DNA from: Haliotis cracherodii | Taxonomy: Eukaryota | Assembly (NCBI RefSeq): GCF_022045235.1 | Contig: NW_027266274.1 | Location: forward strand, 6,634,001 to 6,698,000 | Reading direction: 5' to 3' | Length of the DNA: 64,000 bases | Position numbers and translations under genes: made by a program | In this document: positions 13,637-27,045 of the stretch, piece after piece | Layout of the letters: the number at the start of each line of letters is the position of its first letter | Position numbering within the stretch: the stretch's first letter is position 1 | Notes under the pieces: model-generated | What the model saw: the letters and a program-made list of their open reading frames with translations, nothing else | Told to the model about the DNA's origin: nothing | Databases searched by the model: none

Positions 13637-15137
13637 TGTGTCCAAAGATATCCGAACAGTTGCTGCCACAACCCGGATCGAGGATAAGTAAAGTCATCTA
13701 CATCTCTTACGTTTGTTTGAAAGGAGAAGACAATTTTCTCGGATCTCCATAGCTGCACGAACGTCACAGTTAAAAGGGGATGCTATATCGAGCGTCAATA
13801 CATGCCCAGGCGGGCAATAAAGCGGATATGGAGGGCCAGGCAACCAACTGTGCAACGCTGAATGGAGCCCTAATTACAATCTCTGCAAAGAAATAATTAC
13901 CATGTTACAAGGAGACTATTACATTTAACTATATATAGTATAAAATCCGTTCACATTTGTGTAAATACAACCAGCTTGATATCACTATTTCAACCTTCAT
14001 TTGGACGTGAATTTTATTGTAAGTTATATAACAATTAAAAAGTTTCGAATTCCATTATCTCTATTATTAGCGTTATTGACCTGAATAGGTCTGTTATTGT
14101 AAGGAGCCAACAGATCAACGGATTGGTATATTTTGTGACAAACATTGTATTGGAAATGAATGTCATTTCTTATTTTTATGTGAATATTATTGTGAGATCG
14201 GAAACAAATATCTTTGGGAAAAGTACTATAATTAATCTACCGTCAATACATAAATTTATTATGCTATTGTCATCCGCAAATGTTGATGTTACATACAATT
14301 TGTCGATGCACATTTATCATGCAAGTCAAAAATGTCTCAAACCTGTTATTTAACCATTATTGTAATATGGTCCGATGGACTACATTACATCACGAATAAA
14401 AGAATTGAATTGATAATAATAGTAATTCAATTCAATTCAATTTTGTCGTGATTATTCATTTCCATGTGAGGATTTACCGTTAAATTTTAAAAAAACCCTT
14501 GTAGAACTAGTTTATATAGAATGAGAAAATATACCCAGATTTCTATCGCTTTGTATCATATTGGGTTGTTTGATGTTGGTCTGTATACCAGTAATAACAT
14601 ATCTCAAACATTTAGAAAATTGTATTTTTGTATTAAAAAGAACGTAGTTTCAGGTTTAAATAGGTTAAACATTTTCGGATGAATGTTTTTGTGCACCATG
14701 ACCACCATCAAAATCACATTTCGGGATAAATCGTAACAGAAAACACGCCCATCTTATTTCCCTGTATGATACTGAACTAAATTCAATTTGATAAGCAAGA
14801 CAAACTCAGAGATACGATCTGAAAATATGTGCCTGCAAGCGAATCTAATTAAACCTATAATCTAAACCTTGTAGAGACGCGTAGGTAATATTAACCCTAC
14901 ACATAGGAGATGCTTCTACATGTGTACTCATGGCTTCCAACGTTTGTCGGTCGATACATATTTCAGTTTCACCCCTGGAACCTCTTTGACGGTGCTTTAG
15001 TGTCTCAAACCAGTGAATATTGGTTCATTGAGTAAACATTATTCCCCCAAAGGACAATAATTCCGGTGCGATTTCTGAAGCAATTCCTTATCTTGACTTG
15101 TGCTATGGTATGTCCCCGTGCTTTTTTCAACTGAATA

Positions 15138-15300
15138 ATTGACTTGCCTTTGCATGTATTTGTGACAAGTGTCACCGGTGGATCAGGATACGCTTACCTT
15201 TTCGCGAACACCTGGTATCATCGTTATTTGATTGTGATTCACAAAGACATACTCATGATGTAGTCGGAATCGTACAATGGACTTTTAGCAGAGATTTCTT
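15138..15300 (+). mobile_element. Dispersed repeat family E (attgacttgcctttgcatgt...ggatacgcttaccttttc.cgaacacctgg...), possibly the 3' end of a Penelope-like element
   Basis: Related copies at about 3545-3810, 23380-23495 (-), 27890-27980, 33650-33740, 42928-43090. A Penelope-RT-like remnant (DDFNFP...SNIP...GVNIS) is at about 19200-19302 (-). Confidence 0.5.
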
Positions 15301-15504
15301 TTGATTATGGAAATAGTTCCGTCTCTCTTATTGATATATCAAACCCGCTCATGTGTCACCAATGAGAAGTCTAGTTCATTGACACCCTTGTCATGTTCAT
15401 GGGTGTTCCTGTTATGTTTGACGATGTTCTTTCGTGTTTCTGTTCATGGCGCCGTCTTCTGTGCTCTTGCAATGGTTTTCGATGTTCCTTTCACTGTCAT
15501 ATAT

Positions 15505-16300
15505 GTTCTTGTCACGGTCCTCTGTTCTTGCCACGGTCATCTGTGCTCTTGCCACGGTCATCTGTGCTGTTGTCACGGTCATCTGTGCTGTTGTCACGGT
15601 CATCTGTGCTGTTGTCACGGTCATCTGTGCTGTTGTCACGGTCATCTGTGCTCTTGCCACGGTCATCTGTGCTGTTGTCACGGTCATCTGTTCTTGCCAC
15701 GGTCATCTGTGCTGATGTCACGGTCATCTGTGCTCTTGCCACGGTCATCTGTGCTGTTGTCACGGTCATCTGTGCTGTTGTCACGGTCATCTGTGATGTT
15801 GTCACGGTCATCTGTGCTCTTGCCAGGGTCATCTGTGCTGTTGTCACGGTCATCTGTTCTTGTCACGGTCATCTGTGCTGTTGTCACGGTCATCTGTGCT
15901 CTTGCCACGGTCATCTGTGCTGTTGTCACGGTCATCTGTGCTGTTGTCACGGTCATCTTTGCTGTTATCACGGTCCTCTGTTCTTGCCACGGTCATCTAT
16001 GCTCTTGCCACGGTCATCTGTGCTGTTGTCACGGTAATCTGTGCTGTTGTCAAGGTCATCTGTGATGTTGTCACGGTCATCTGTGTTCTTGCACAGCTTT
16101 TTATGTTCCTGTCAAGGTCATCTGTGCTCTTGCACAGCTTTTTATGTTCCTGTCAAGGTCATCTGTGCTCTTGCACAGCTTTTTATGTTCCTGTCAAGGT
16201 CATCTGTGCTGTTGTCACGGTCATCTGTTCTCTTGCCACGGTCATCTGTGTTCATGCACAGCTTTTTATGTTCCTGTCAAGGTCATCTGTGCTCTTGCCA
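15505..16300. repeat. 21-bp minisatellite (gtcacggtcatctgtgctgtt)
   Basis: Homogeneous tandem units. Confidence 0.92.
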
Positions 16301-16563
16301 TGTTCATATATGTTCCCTTAACAGTCACTGTATGGTTGTGGAAATGGTTTGTCGGTCTTATTTACAGTATCGCCGTGGCTCAGCTTCACTTGTGGATAAC
16401 CCACACTGACGAATATATTTGACGTTTACCACTGTGGTAGAACCAGGTGGCACTGGTACGCTGGTATGTCAAGGATCAGGATTAGAACCCCCTGACATCA
16501 GCTCTTGGGATAATGGTTGAGGGACGCAAGTCTTTATAGTAAATTGCCACCCATGCCCAGTTA

Positions 16564-16729
16564 GTGTGTGAGTGAGTATGGTTTTACGCTACTTTTAGCA
16601 ATATTCCAGCAATACCACGGCTAGGGACACCAGAAATGGGATTCACACATTGTGCCCATGTCGGGAATCGAACCCGGGTCTTCGGCGTGAAGAGCGAACG
16701 CGTTACCCACTAGGCTACCCGACCGCCCC
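16564..16729 (-). mobile_element. SINE family B
   Basis: TSD cccatgcccagtta at 16550-16563 and 16729-16742. Confidence 0.9.
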
Positions 16730-16969
16730 CCATGCCCAGTTAATCATAAAGGGTAGTGTTGTATCTGATTTAATTATACAACGTCACATGTTGTGGCTTG
16801 AATATTCAGCAGTCAAACGATGACATAATGAGACCCATTGCGATTAACACTTCTGGTGTTGGAGTTCGGAGTCATAACAGATGCTGAAGGTGAAACAAAT
16901 ATTGCCCGATGCTTCACATCCCTAACTGATGCAGAGGTAAAAAAAACAAAAGTCGTTCGATGGTTTAGG

Positions 16970-17432
16970 TACATAACGGTTGCTGTGTTGGAGACAAATA
17001 TGTCGCCAGAAGGTTTTTTTTCCATAACGGTTGTTAAGTTGGAGACACATATGTCGTCAGAAGGCTCATATTTACAAAGGTTGTTTAGTTGGAGACCAGT
17101 ATGTCGCCAGAATGTTTATGTTTATAACAGTTGTCAAGACAAATATGTCGCCAGAAGGTTACTATTTATAACGTTGTTGAGTTTGAGACAAATATGTCGT
17201 CAGAAGGCTCATATTCATAATGGGTGTATAGTTGGAGCGACAGATCATATCGTCAGAATGTTTATATTCATAAAAGCTGTTAAGCTGGAGACAAATATGT
17301 CGTCAGAAGGTTTATGTTCATGAAGGTTGTTGAGCTGGAGACAAATACGTCGTCAGAAGGTTCATATTCATAACGGTTGTTGAGATGGAGACAAATATCT
17401 CGACATAAGTTCATATTCATAACGGTTGTCGA
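16970..17432. repeat. About 50-bp minisatellite, about 9 copies
   Basis: ataacggttgttgagttggagacaaatatgtcgtcagaaggttcatattc units. Confidence 0.85.
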
Positions 17433-20382
17433 GTTTTTCGACAGCTGGTGGTGATCATCTCATCTTGAAACTGTCTCGTGCAGCCTAAGCCAAAGGGAGA
17501 TCTATCCAGGATGCCCTATACTGACCCATTCAATTTTTAGCCTGACTGCTCGCATTTTAGATCGATTGCTCGATCTTTTAAGCAAAGCAGGGCGATACGA
17601 CCAGTACAATGGCTGACGAGACAACAACGAGCGCCTCCTAGCGGCAATAAAGAGTCTTGGCGGATGTCATTCGGACAGAATTGAAGTCACGACGTGATTT
17701 GAATGTATAGTCAAGGGCAGATAAGCGAGGCGACAATCGCATTGTGATTAGTTTAACCCCGCTCCATGAATTGAGGCCTGTTAACGTTGTTGAGCTGATC
17801 TACTTTGCAGAGGCAATTACAAGTCTCCGTGCTCTGTCCGTTTCACGGCCTGTATGTAGCTGTGACGCTGGAAACGAGTACTAGTTTGACTCCAAATTGA
17901 CAATTGTCAGAAGAATAAGGTGATTTGTCTGCACGTTTTGGTTGCCAGTGGAATGCAGCCTAAATTCCCTAAGTTTTGCAAATGAAACATCTTGATCATA
18001 CCAGTCATTATGGAATCCTAGAAGGGCCAATATTACAATGCAACAACGCGACCATGTCTCTTTCAGGATTCATTTACCATAGCTTTTCACGAGTCTAAAC
18101 CTTTGATCGTGGATTCGAATCACGAATTGGCGCTGATTGTGTTTCTTGGTTTGTCAACACCATACCTTAAAATATCCTCATACATGTAGGTTTCACAAAA
18201 CTGGTAAGAGAAGAACCATTTGATATTCTTGGGGTGTGGTGATGTCATTTGGCCCTCAATAAATTGGCCCTGCAATTTTTAAAAATAATAATGCTGTTTG
18301 AAAAAAGAAATTGCCTGCTGCAAATATTACATCGTTGCAAGGTGGTTTTCTTAAACAAACTTCAGGCACATTGTCTTATTAAAAATCATCTTGTTTTGTA
18401 GCTGTAGCTAAAAAATATCTAATCTCGATACAAAATCGCAGCTGTTCATTATGACAGTGTCTGTCACTACTACTGTGCGGCGTCAGGTGACAACCAAATA
18501 CTTGTTTCTGTATGCAGTTTGTATAAATGGAGGACACTACAGGTAGGACAGGGCTTGCTTATCTTTTTTGCGAACACCTGGTGTCATCACTAATTTTTAA
18601 CGATTCAGGAAACGCATTTCTCATAAATAACCAAAATGGATAATCAATATATATACATAATCGAAGCAATATGTTAGGGATCATGAATCCTTTTGGGTAA
18701 TTTTTTATGAAACTGTGTGCTCAGTCTTCGCTACAAAAAAATATATATAAAAAAATATTCAGGGTCACTTCTTTTATTCAGCATATATATCCTAGAATGG
18801 AAGTCTTCCACGAAGTTAGAAGATAATGACAAGTGATACTTAGCTATTCATGTCAGCGTACACCAATCCGCCTCGGGAAGAATTTTTCAATAGATACCAG
18901 ATTACCCAAGGACGGAAATTTGATTTCGCCGCACTTTTTTGGTGATCGGCTGATTTCGCCTGTAATCTAGCGTCGCCGTCTGACAGACGGTTTCTCAGTC
19001 TTACATGATCACATCAATATTTACCTTCACTTGTGTCCCGTGTAATCTGATTTACAACGACCAGAAAGAGGAGAAATGTCACGGAGGAACAAGGCTTTGT
19101 GACCTTGACCTTGACCTTCAGTTAATTTCATAATTTGCATAATATTGTAAGATCTATCAGAGACCCGCACCGCCGACAAGATAAACTCCTTGTGGAAAAT
19201 GTTCGGTTGTACAATGTCCCTCAAACGTGATATGTTGACACCAACGGTTGGATCAATTTGTTGGAATATTGCTCCACATAAAGGGAAAGTTGAAGTCATC
19301 CCTTGTTTAAATTGAATCTGAATCTATTTCGCTCTGAATCTTTCAGAATAGAGTTAGATATTAAAAAGTTCACTGCTCTCCTTTACTTCTAGCTCAGTTG
19401 GGTAGTGGAATATTTAGTGGAAGAGAATTGGTTAGTTGTCCATAAGTTAACATCAGTTCATCGATACATCAAAGATCAGATATATATTTAATGGTAACAG
19501 TAACGAGGAAAGAGGGGTTCTGGGTCTAACCGGATTCTTGCTATTTCCATGAAATTGCAGGTAATGAAGAAACCTCCTGAATGCGTTGTGCCTCGTGATC
19601 GCAAGTAATGTTATCTAAATAATATATCTCACCACGACGTTCGTGTATGACATGGTAACATATGTTATGTGTAATAGACGTTTTGCCAGACCTTTGATAC
19701 CGTGTTGCAATGCTTCTCATTCGTTGTGGCGCTCTGGCTAACGACCATGTACGAAACATATTGATTGGCGGTTTTTGGACGTATTGACGTCATATAAAAA
19801 TGATGTCTTGCCATTTCCTTATTTCTTTAATATGTTCTTTAGAAATGTGTTTCCGTTGAACCTCTCCGCACTCTTCCAGCTTGTGCATCATGACTTGCGA
19901 CGAAGCTACTCACCTCACAACTATATTATACATAAATAATAACAGTATGCTCGAAATATCTTTCGCGAACTAATGAATAAAAACCCGAGACTGCATTGAT
20001 ACGGTGAAATACTGTTAAAAGAACTTTCCCACTGTAGTCGTCCGGATTAATTGATCATATATACGGATTAATAATGTCCAGTTGTAAGATAAACATTCCG
20101 ATTACATATGTTTTGTTTATTTTAGTTTATATCAATGACAAAAAAGAGCCTAGAGCATCTCTTCAAATGTTAGAACAATGAAATATTCATTTGCCAAAAT
20201 ATTGCGCACTTGCTCTGGAGTTGTGAGACTAGTCAGTCTGAAAAGATAGACATAATGGAACTCGGAGTTTAACACGATTCTCCTATATTAGATCATTTGG
20301 TGTACATGTATTCTACATATTACCTTTTGTATTAATAAAAAAAGAAATACATAAAAACGGTATATGAAAAGTCATCCGTTGG

Positions 20383-20521
20383 AGTGAGTGAGTGAGTATG
20401 GTTTTACGCCGCTTTTAGCAATATTCCAGCAATATCACACATTGTACCCATGTCGGGAATCGAACCCGGGTCTTCGGCGTGAAGAGCGAACGCTTTAACT
20501 ACTAGGCTACCCGACCGCCCC
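20383..20521 (-). mobile_element. SINE family B, internal deletion
   Basis: Homology to the 45249 copy. Confidence 0.85.
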
Positions 20522-20649
20522 CACCCCTTGGAAGTCAGCTACATGATCAGTGTCGAACGTCATGAACAACGGCGCGTCACATGGTAGTGTTTTCGTCACA
20601 GCAACAGACTGATGCGACTTTGCTTCATCTTGACCTTCAGCTTTAGGTA

Positions 20650-22018
20650 TAGTAATGAACTAGCTGCACAAATTAAGGAAATTTGTACGGATGGTATACA
20701 GCTGCATCCAGATATTGTTAAGATATTTCTGTTGCTTTTTGCTGATGATATAGTCCTGTTCTCTAGTACGATAAAAGGTTTACAGAATTTGATAGATCAA
20801 CTGGAGCTGTACTGTTCTAATTGTAAACTCCAAGTGAACACTGAGAAAACGAAAGTGTTAGTTTTCAAAAAGGGAAATAAACTATCAAGTAGGGAAAAAT
20901 GGTTCTTCAACTCACAACCGTTAAAAATTGTCACTTCTTATAAATATCTGGGAGTAACCTTCACAGGCAGATTAACGTGGAATTATCACACCAGTAATGC
21001 AGCAATGCAGGCAAAAAAGATACTAATGGGAATCTTACATAGTTTGAAAACGTTCACTGATCTCTCATATCAAACCTTTTTTAAAATATTTGATACAAAA
21101 ATTACTCCAATTCTTTTATATGGAGCAGAGGTCTGGGGGCATACTGAATACAGAACTATTGAACTGGTCCATCTATATGCTTGTAAACGATTCCTTGGCG
21201 TAAAAAACTCTACATCGAGTGTTATGGTATATGGTGAATGTGGACGTGTACCACTTTACATATTTCAGCATATTAGAATTCTCAAGTATTGGTTCAAGAT
21301 TCTTAAAATGCCTATTGATAGATTACCTAGAAAATGTTACAATATGATGTTATTGTATGAAAAACATGGAAGCCGCAGTTGGGTATATGATGTAAAGTCG
21401 TTATTAAATGATTGCGGCTATGGGTATGTTTGGCGTAATCAATGTGTACCAAACAATCCAGATTCATTTTTAGTTTCTTTACGCCAGAGACTTAAGGATA
21501 TATACTTGCAAAAATGGGCATCGCATGTTTTAAGTTCAGAAAAATGCAATTATTACAAGCTTTTCAAGACAACAATTTCCCCAGAATACTATTTGTTTGA
21601 CATCAACTTTAAAAGGTTTAGAATAAGTTTAGCACAATTTAGATGCAGCTCTCATAGACTTAGGATCGAAGTAGGCAGGCATAGAAACATAGACAGAGAA
21701 TTGAGAATATGTGAGCAATGTGATTTAAATGTGATTGAAGATGAGTTTCATTTTCTGTTAGTTTGTCCAAAATACGACCACCTTAGAAGAAAATATATTG
21801 ATCTGCCTGGTTATGTACATCCCACTATACAAAGATTTACAACGATCATGTCAACAACTGATAAAGATACTCTAAAAAATCTATCAATGTTCATTTATCA
21901 TGCTATGTTAATTAGAATATGACCTGTTAAACGGATCTGTAACCACTCCCGAAAACAGAATTGTACTATGGGCCTGAGGCCTTTCAGTATGGAATAAAAC
22001 TTATCCTATCCTATCCTA
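20650..22018 (+). mobile_element. 5'-truncated non-LTR retrotransposon (RT C-terminal half plus Cys/His C-terminal motif; RTEX/CR1-L2-like, clade tentative)
   Basis: ORF 20612-21922 contains LLLFADDIVLFS, YKYLGV and HRLRIEVGRH...RICEQC...EDEFHFLLVCPKY. Short 3'UTR, AATAAA and a (TATCC)n tail. Confidence 0.9.
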
Positions 22019-22802
22019 GAACGCGCATGTGCAAACATTGGACATGTATTATACGAGTCGTTCTGCTCTGATGTGTAGTATAGGGATTTTAGTGTGAGTA
22101 AAGTGTTCTTGTTCACAGACAGTGTGTAATAATGCCATCAAATTTCAGTATTTACGCCGAACATCAATGAAAGGTACATGTGGACAGAAGAATATATTTC
22201 AAGAATATTCTACTTTGAGACATCAAAAACTTTCTGCTCCCTTGTGTTTATCAGCGACTACGATCAGCTAACACTAATTTTGCTACACTCTCGTGCCTTT
22301 AAAAACAAATGCACAAAGCCCAGTGTCGTCATAGTTTACTTCCGTATCGGAACTTTATCTTGAATGTTCTCCAAGGACTTCCTGGGTATCTGGTTCTTAA
22401 GGTCGACATTTCCGTTTCAACTCTTGATAACGCCACATAAATCAATACTGTGGGATAAAGACCCTGCCCAATCAATTGGTGCTTGAATTGCCATCCCAAG
22501 GCACCGAATGATGCTGGCAGGGAGACTACAGGATACATACATGGAAGATACAAGTACACTTATAGATCACACAGTAACTGATGTGGTGATATTTAACTAC
22601 ATGCATCTGAAAAAATTATATGTGATGATGATGTGATGCTGGTGATGTTGTGACGTGTCTATTTTAAAATATATTTAATATTCTAGACGTGTCATGTTAA
22701 AGTAGGAGTGATCAATAAGAACAATTGACTTGTACGTCAACTACGGACGTGACGAAGTGCTACGGAACGGAAACAGCAGTTCGATATATCCAAACCGGCA
22801 TC

Positions 22803-23000
22803 TATGCTTGTCGTAAGAGGCAACTAACGGGATCGGGTGGTCAGGATCGCTGACTTGGTTGATGCATGTCATCGTATCCCAGTGGTGTGGATTGATGCTC
22901 ATGTTATCAACCACTGGATTGTCTGGCTCAGACACGATTATTTACAGACCGCCGTCATATAGCTGTGACATCGATGAGTGCGTCATTTAACAACAAATAA
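22803..23000 (+). mobile_element. Family A retroposon, 5'-incomplete
   Basis: Homology to the 5205 copy, including the downstream flank. Confidence 0.8.
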
Positions 23001-23774
23001 AAAGACATGTAAAGGTTCATTGACATAAAATTCTAGCCAGGAGTCCGTTGACTCCGTACACAATTTCTCCCTATTCACATTCCCTATTCACCCTGCTCCC
23101 ATTTCTCTATTACTGGGGACATTAGGGTGGCCCAGAGGTTAAAGCATTGCTCGATTATTTACAGTCCTATAGTTGGAATGTTGCTGAGTGCGGCGTTAAA
23201 CAAAAAACAAACGAACCCAAATCTTTGTTCATCTCTAGATATTTTGATTATCATGAACTGGGGACCTACATACATTACATGCCCGGATTCTATACATGAT
23301 TCATGATTCATATCAGTATCTCGACACGATACGCACACACGTACACGTGAAAAATACCAAAACATACAATACAATGTATCAAATAGTGATAATACTAGGT
23401 GTTCGGGAAAAGGTGAGTGTTTCTTGACCCACCTGCCCCCATCACATCCTAAGGCACCCGTCACAAACACACTCAAAGGCAAGTCAATGTTTACCTGACA
23501 AAACACGGAAACATGTTGCTAGAGATCACTCTTTCAAGATCAAAGTCGCTATTAGATAATATGGTAGAGCGTCTGCCCGGAGAGTGGAAGGTCGAGGGTT
23601 CGATATCCGGCCGCGTCATACGTTATAATATGGTACTTGTTGTTACCCTGCCTTTCACAAGGAATTAAGGGGATAATACAAGGACTGGTCCGCTTAATAT
23701 ACTGTGCCTGTGGTATCCATGTTAAAGAGTTACCTGTCCTTAAATCTGTATGAGTTACTTACATAATAGACAAC

Positions 23775-23827
23775 GTGAGGTGAAAAGGGGTTTAAAGTCG
23801 CCCCCAAGATTATTGCAGTTATAAAGC

Positions 23828-23859
<32 letters not shown>

Positions 23860-24118
23860 GCTGCTTGTTTTGGTCCGGACTGATGCCGATTTATAGTGCT
23901 AGCACGCTGAGATACCATGCCGCAGTTTAACATGAATACCCCACTCAGACACAGTATACTGACTCCGAGCCGACCAGTCCTTGTTTTAGCCTCTTAATTC
24001 CGAGCGCCAAACAGGGCAACAACAAGTACCATCTTTTAACGTTTTTTGGTTTGACGCGGCCGGGGATCGAACCCCGGACATTCCGCTCTCCGGGTGGATG
24101 CTCTACCACGGAGGCGAT
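23775..24118 (-). mobile_element. SINE family D
   Basis: Homology to the 9542 copy. A degenerate + strand fragment lies at about 23560-23730. Confidence 0.85.
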
Positions 24119-24218
24119 CACTTGTTTATGGTGGTACAATGGCTACGCATTAGTGGATGCGCCAAAATGTTTCAATAATCATGTTTCTTCGTCTTAATTA
24201 TCTTTTTTTTTCTTGCAG

Positions 24219-24272
24219 GTTTCCTTAAAAATACTATGCGCGGGTTCACACTTTGTAAAAAGAAAAATAGAG
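24219..24272 (+). CDS. Voltage-gated proton channel (Hv3-like), internal exon: end of S2 and S2-S3 linker (VSLKILCAGSHFVKRKIE)
   Basis: Strong acceptor tttttttttcttgcag| and donor |gtgagt. 54 nt, phase 0/0. Peptide resembles the Hv1 segment IIFKLFVFRLEFFHHKFE and joins in frame to VFDA of the next exon. Confidence 0.85.
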
Positions 24273-24975
24273 GTGAGTTTTTACATATACGTTTGATTAT
24301 GTTTAATAAAACGCTGACGATTTTTTTGTTCTGATGATATTTTGCTAGTTGAGTGTCATACGAACATTTAATGAACATATACATGCTCACACGCGACGCT
24401 GATGCTGAGATACTGATGAAAAGGAAGACTCACCAATAAGACATGCGTGCATGTTTATTTCCAGATGAAAAAAACCCAGCAGAATTCATAAGGAATAACA
24501 AATGTTACAGAGGCGTAGTGCTGATAATATAACTGTTTTGTTGTTACGGCTTCTAATTGAAGATCTTAAAGGCAGCGCACGTCTTTCAATGTCGTCTTTT
24601 TTGGATCCTTTAGAACAAAATAGTTCTCATCAAGAGATGATGGAAATAGATTGATTTTGAGCTTTGACTTGGAGAATTATCTTGCCAGTGCATCTTGGGC
24701 GAAGAGAAATTGTCATGGAAGTGACATTTAACAATTTGGATATTTTAATGGATTTGTTGGAAAAAGCAGAATGGGTATTGTAAATCGATCGAATACACGA
24801 CGTTTTCCCTAGCAACTAATTAACACACTTGAAACCCGATCTAACGTTGCCAATATCCGTTTGAAAGTGGCTTAAAACTTTTTACAACAATACAACTGCG
24901 GAGGGTATTGATGCTAAATAAGTGTCTGAACTACTGTTTCGTGTATGAGCGTATGAATGGAAAACCGATGGTGAC

Positions 24976-25303
24976 GACCACCTCCGTGGTCTTGTGGTAG
25001 AGCATCTGACCTGTGAGTGGAAGGTCCGGGTTCGATCCCTGGTCGCGTTATTCCAAAATACTTGAAAATATGGTACTTGTTGTTACCCTGCCTGACGCTC
25101 GGACTAAGGGGGATAATACAAAACTGGTACACTCGGAGTCAGTATACTGTGTCTGAGTGGGGTTTTAGTGCTGAACTGCGGCATGGTATCTCAGTGGGGT
25201 GGGAATTAGTCCGGACTAGCTTGTACTAGGAGCCACACACGTAAACGTGCGTGCTACGTGCAATAATCATCACGCGGCGTTAAACCCCATTTCACGTCAC
25301 CTC
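24976..25303 (+). mobile_element. SINE family D
   Basis: Imperfect TSD accga(a)tggtgac. Confidence 0.85.
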
Positions 25304-25745
25304 ACCGAATGGTGACATCACTCATTATGGGCCAACATGGGACATGACGATTGGATCGGACTTCCCCCGAACAACCTGATTTCATTGAAATAATTCCTAG
25401 TCACCACACTCTTCGGACTTCAAGGATATCAGAAGGGCACTTGAGCTCCGTAGCCCTACGACGATACTACGTCAGTGTTAATGAACATGTAGAGGAATTA
25501 AGATAGGCATAGCGCCAAGATCACTTCGTGGAAGGAGGCCAAAGTAGGTGAACTGGTGAGCAAAATTACAGAGGCATGTAAATCATATATTCGAATCTGG
25601 CCCAGACAAACCAGTGAGCGAATGTATGAGCGATGTTTGTACCCGTCGGAGTCCGAAGTCATAGTACTTGACCATCCAATTCCCTTTTTAGTACGCTATA
25701 TGCTTTCATAAGTAGAATATTTGCTATAGACGACAAAAGGAGACG

Positions 25746-26460
25746 GGGGAACGTGTGGCCCAGTGGTCTAAGGCGCCGCGATTCGCCGTGCAGAGTTGCG
25801 TCCCTTGGGCACGCCAGAAACCTATGATTGTGGGTTTGAATCCCGGTTCGCCCCGATTATGTTTCTAGGTTTGTCAGCACCATACCCGAGCTCGTGGGTT
25901 TCACCGAAGTGGTAAACGTCTGAGACCTGCATCACTTCGGGCTTTCCTCCCAAGCCGTGATATAACTGGGATACTGTTTTGAATCCCGGTTCGCCCCGAT
26001 TATGTTTTTAGGTTTGTCAGCGCCATACCCGTGCTCGTAGGTTTCACCGAGGTGGTAAACGTCCGAGACCTGAATCAATTGGGCCTTTCCTCCCACATTA
26101 AGCTGGCACGCCATGATATAACTGGAATAATGTTAAACCCAACTCACTCACTCACTCAAAAGGAGACGCTGTACTGGTGGGTACAGATATCCTTGTGGTT
26201 TCGGTCGCCGCATGTCGCTGTGGAGAGTTTCGTCCCTTAAGTATGTCAGAAGCCTGTGATCATGAGTTCGAATCCACATTTTTCCATTGATAATATTTCT
26301 AGGTTTGTCACCACCATACCCGCTGTCGTGGGTTTCTCCGAAGCGGTTGATGTCAAGGACCTGCATCACTTCGGGCTTTCCTCCCACATCAAGCTGACAC
26401 GCCGTGACATACCCGAATACTGTTGGACTTCCAATGGGAGAGGTCAAAACTCACTCCTCC
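25746..26460 (+). mobile_element. Cluster of three family C SINE segments
   Basis: Copy 25746-25977, headless copy 25978-26158, diverged copy about 26168-26460. Confidence 0.8.
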
Positions 26461-26774
26461 ATACGTGGACCACTTGCGCGTTGCAAAGCCTTTCACGTGT
26501 CATCGTTTTGGTAGAACATGCAAATTGAAACACCGATGTAATTGCCAAGAACTCATCAAGACACATGACAGGAACATCAATGAACGTGATCGGAACATCA
26601 ATGAACACGACAGAGACATCAATGAACACAACAGCGACATCAATGTACATGACAAAAACATTGATGAAGACAAGCACGTCAATGCACCTGCTTTGAACAA
26701 CAATTCACGTGCAATGAGCATCTATGCACATGACCAGAACATTAATACACTTTACTACAACACCAAAGCAAACA

Positions 26775-27045
26775 GTGAGTAAGTGAGTTGGGCTTAACGC
26801 CGCTTTTAACAGTATTCCAGTTATATCACAGCGTGTCAGCTTAATGTGGGAGGAAAGCCCCAAGTGATGCAGGTCTCAGACGTTTACCACTTCGCAGAAA
26901 CCCACGAGCACGGGTATGGTGCTGATAAACCTAGAAACATAATTGGGGCGAACCGGGATTCGAACCTACAATCATAGGTTTCTGGCGTGTTCAAGAGACG
27001 CAACCCTGCACAGCGAATCGCGGCGCCTTAGATGACTGGGCCACC
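26775..27045 (-). mobile_element. SINE family C
   Basis: Near full-length homology. Confidence 0.85.

Noticed and set aside
15301-16422. Cys/His-rich ORFs (CCHGHL)n resembling a metal-binding protein
   Set aside because: They are translations of a 21-bp minisatellite open in many frames on both strands, with no exon boundaries.
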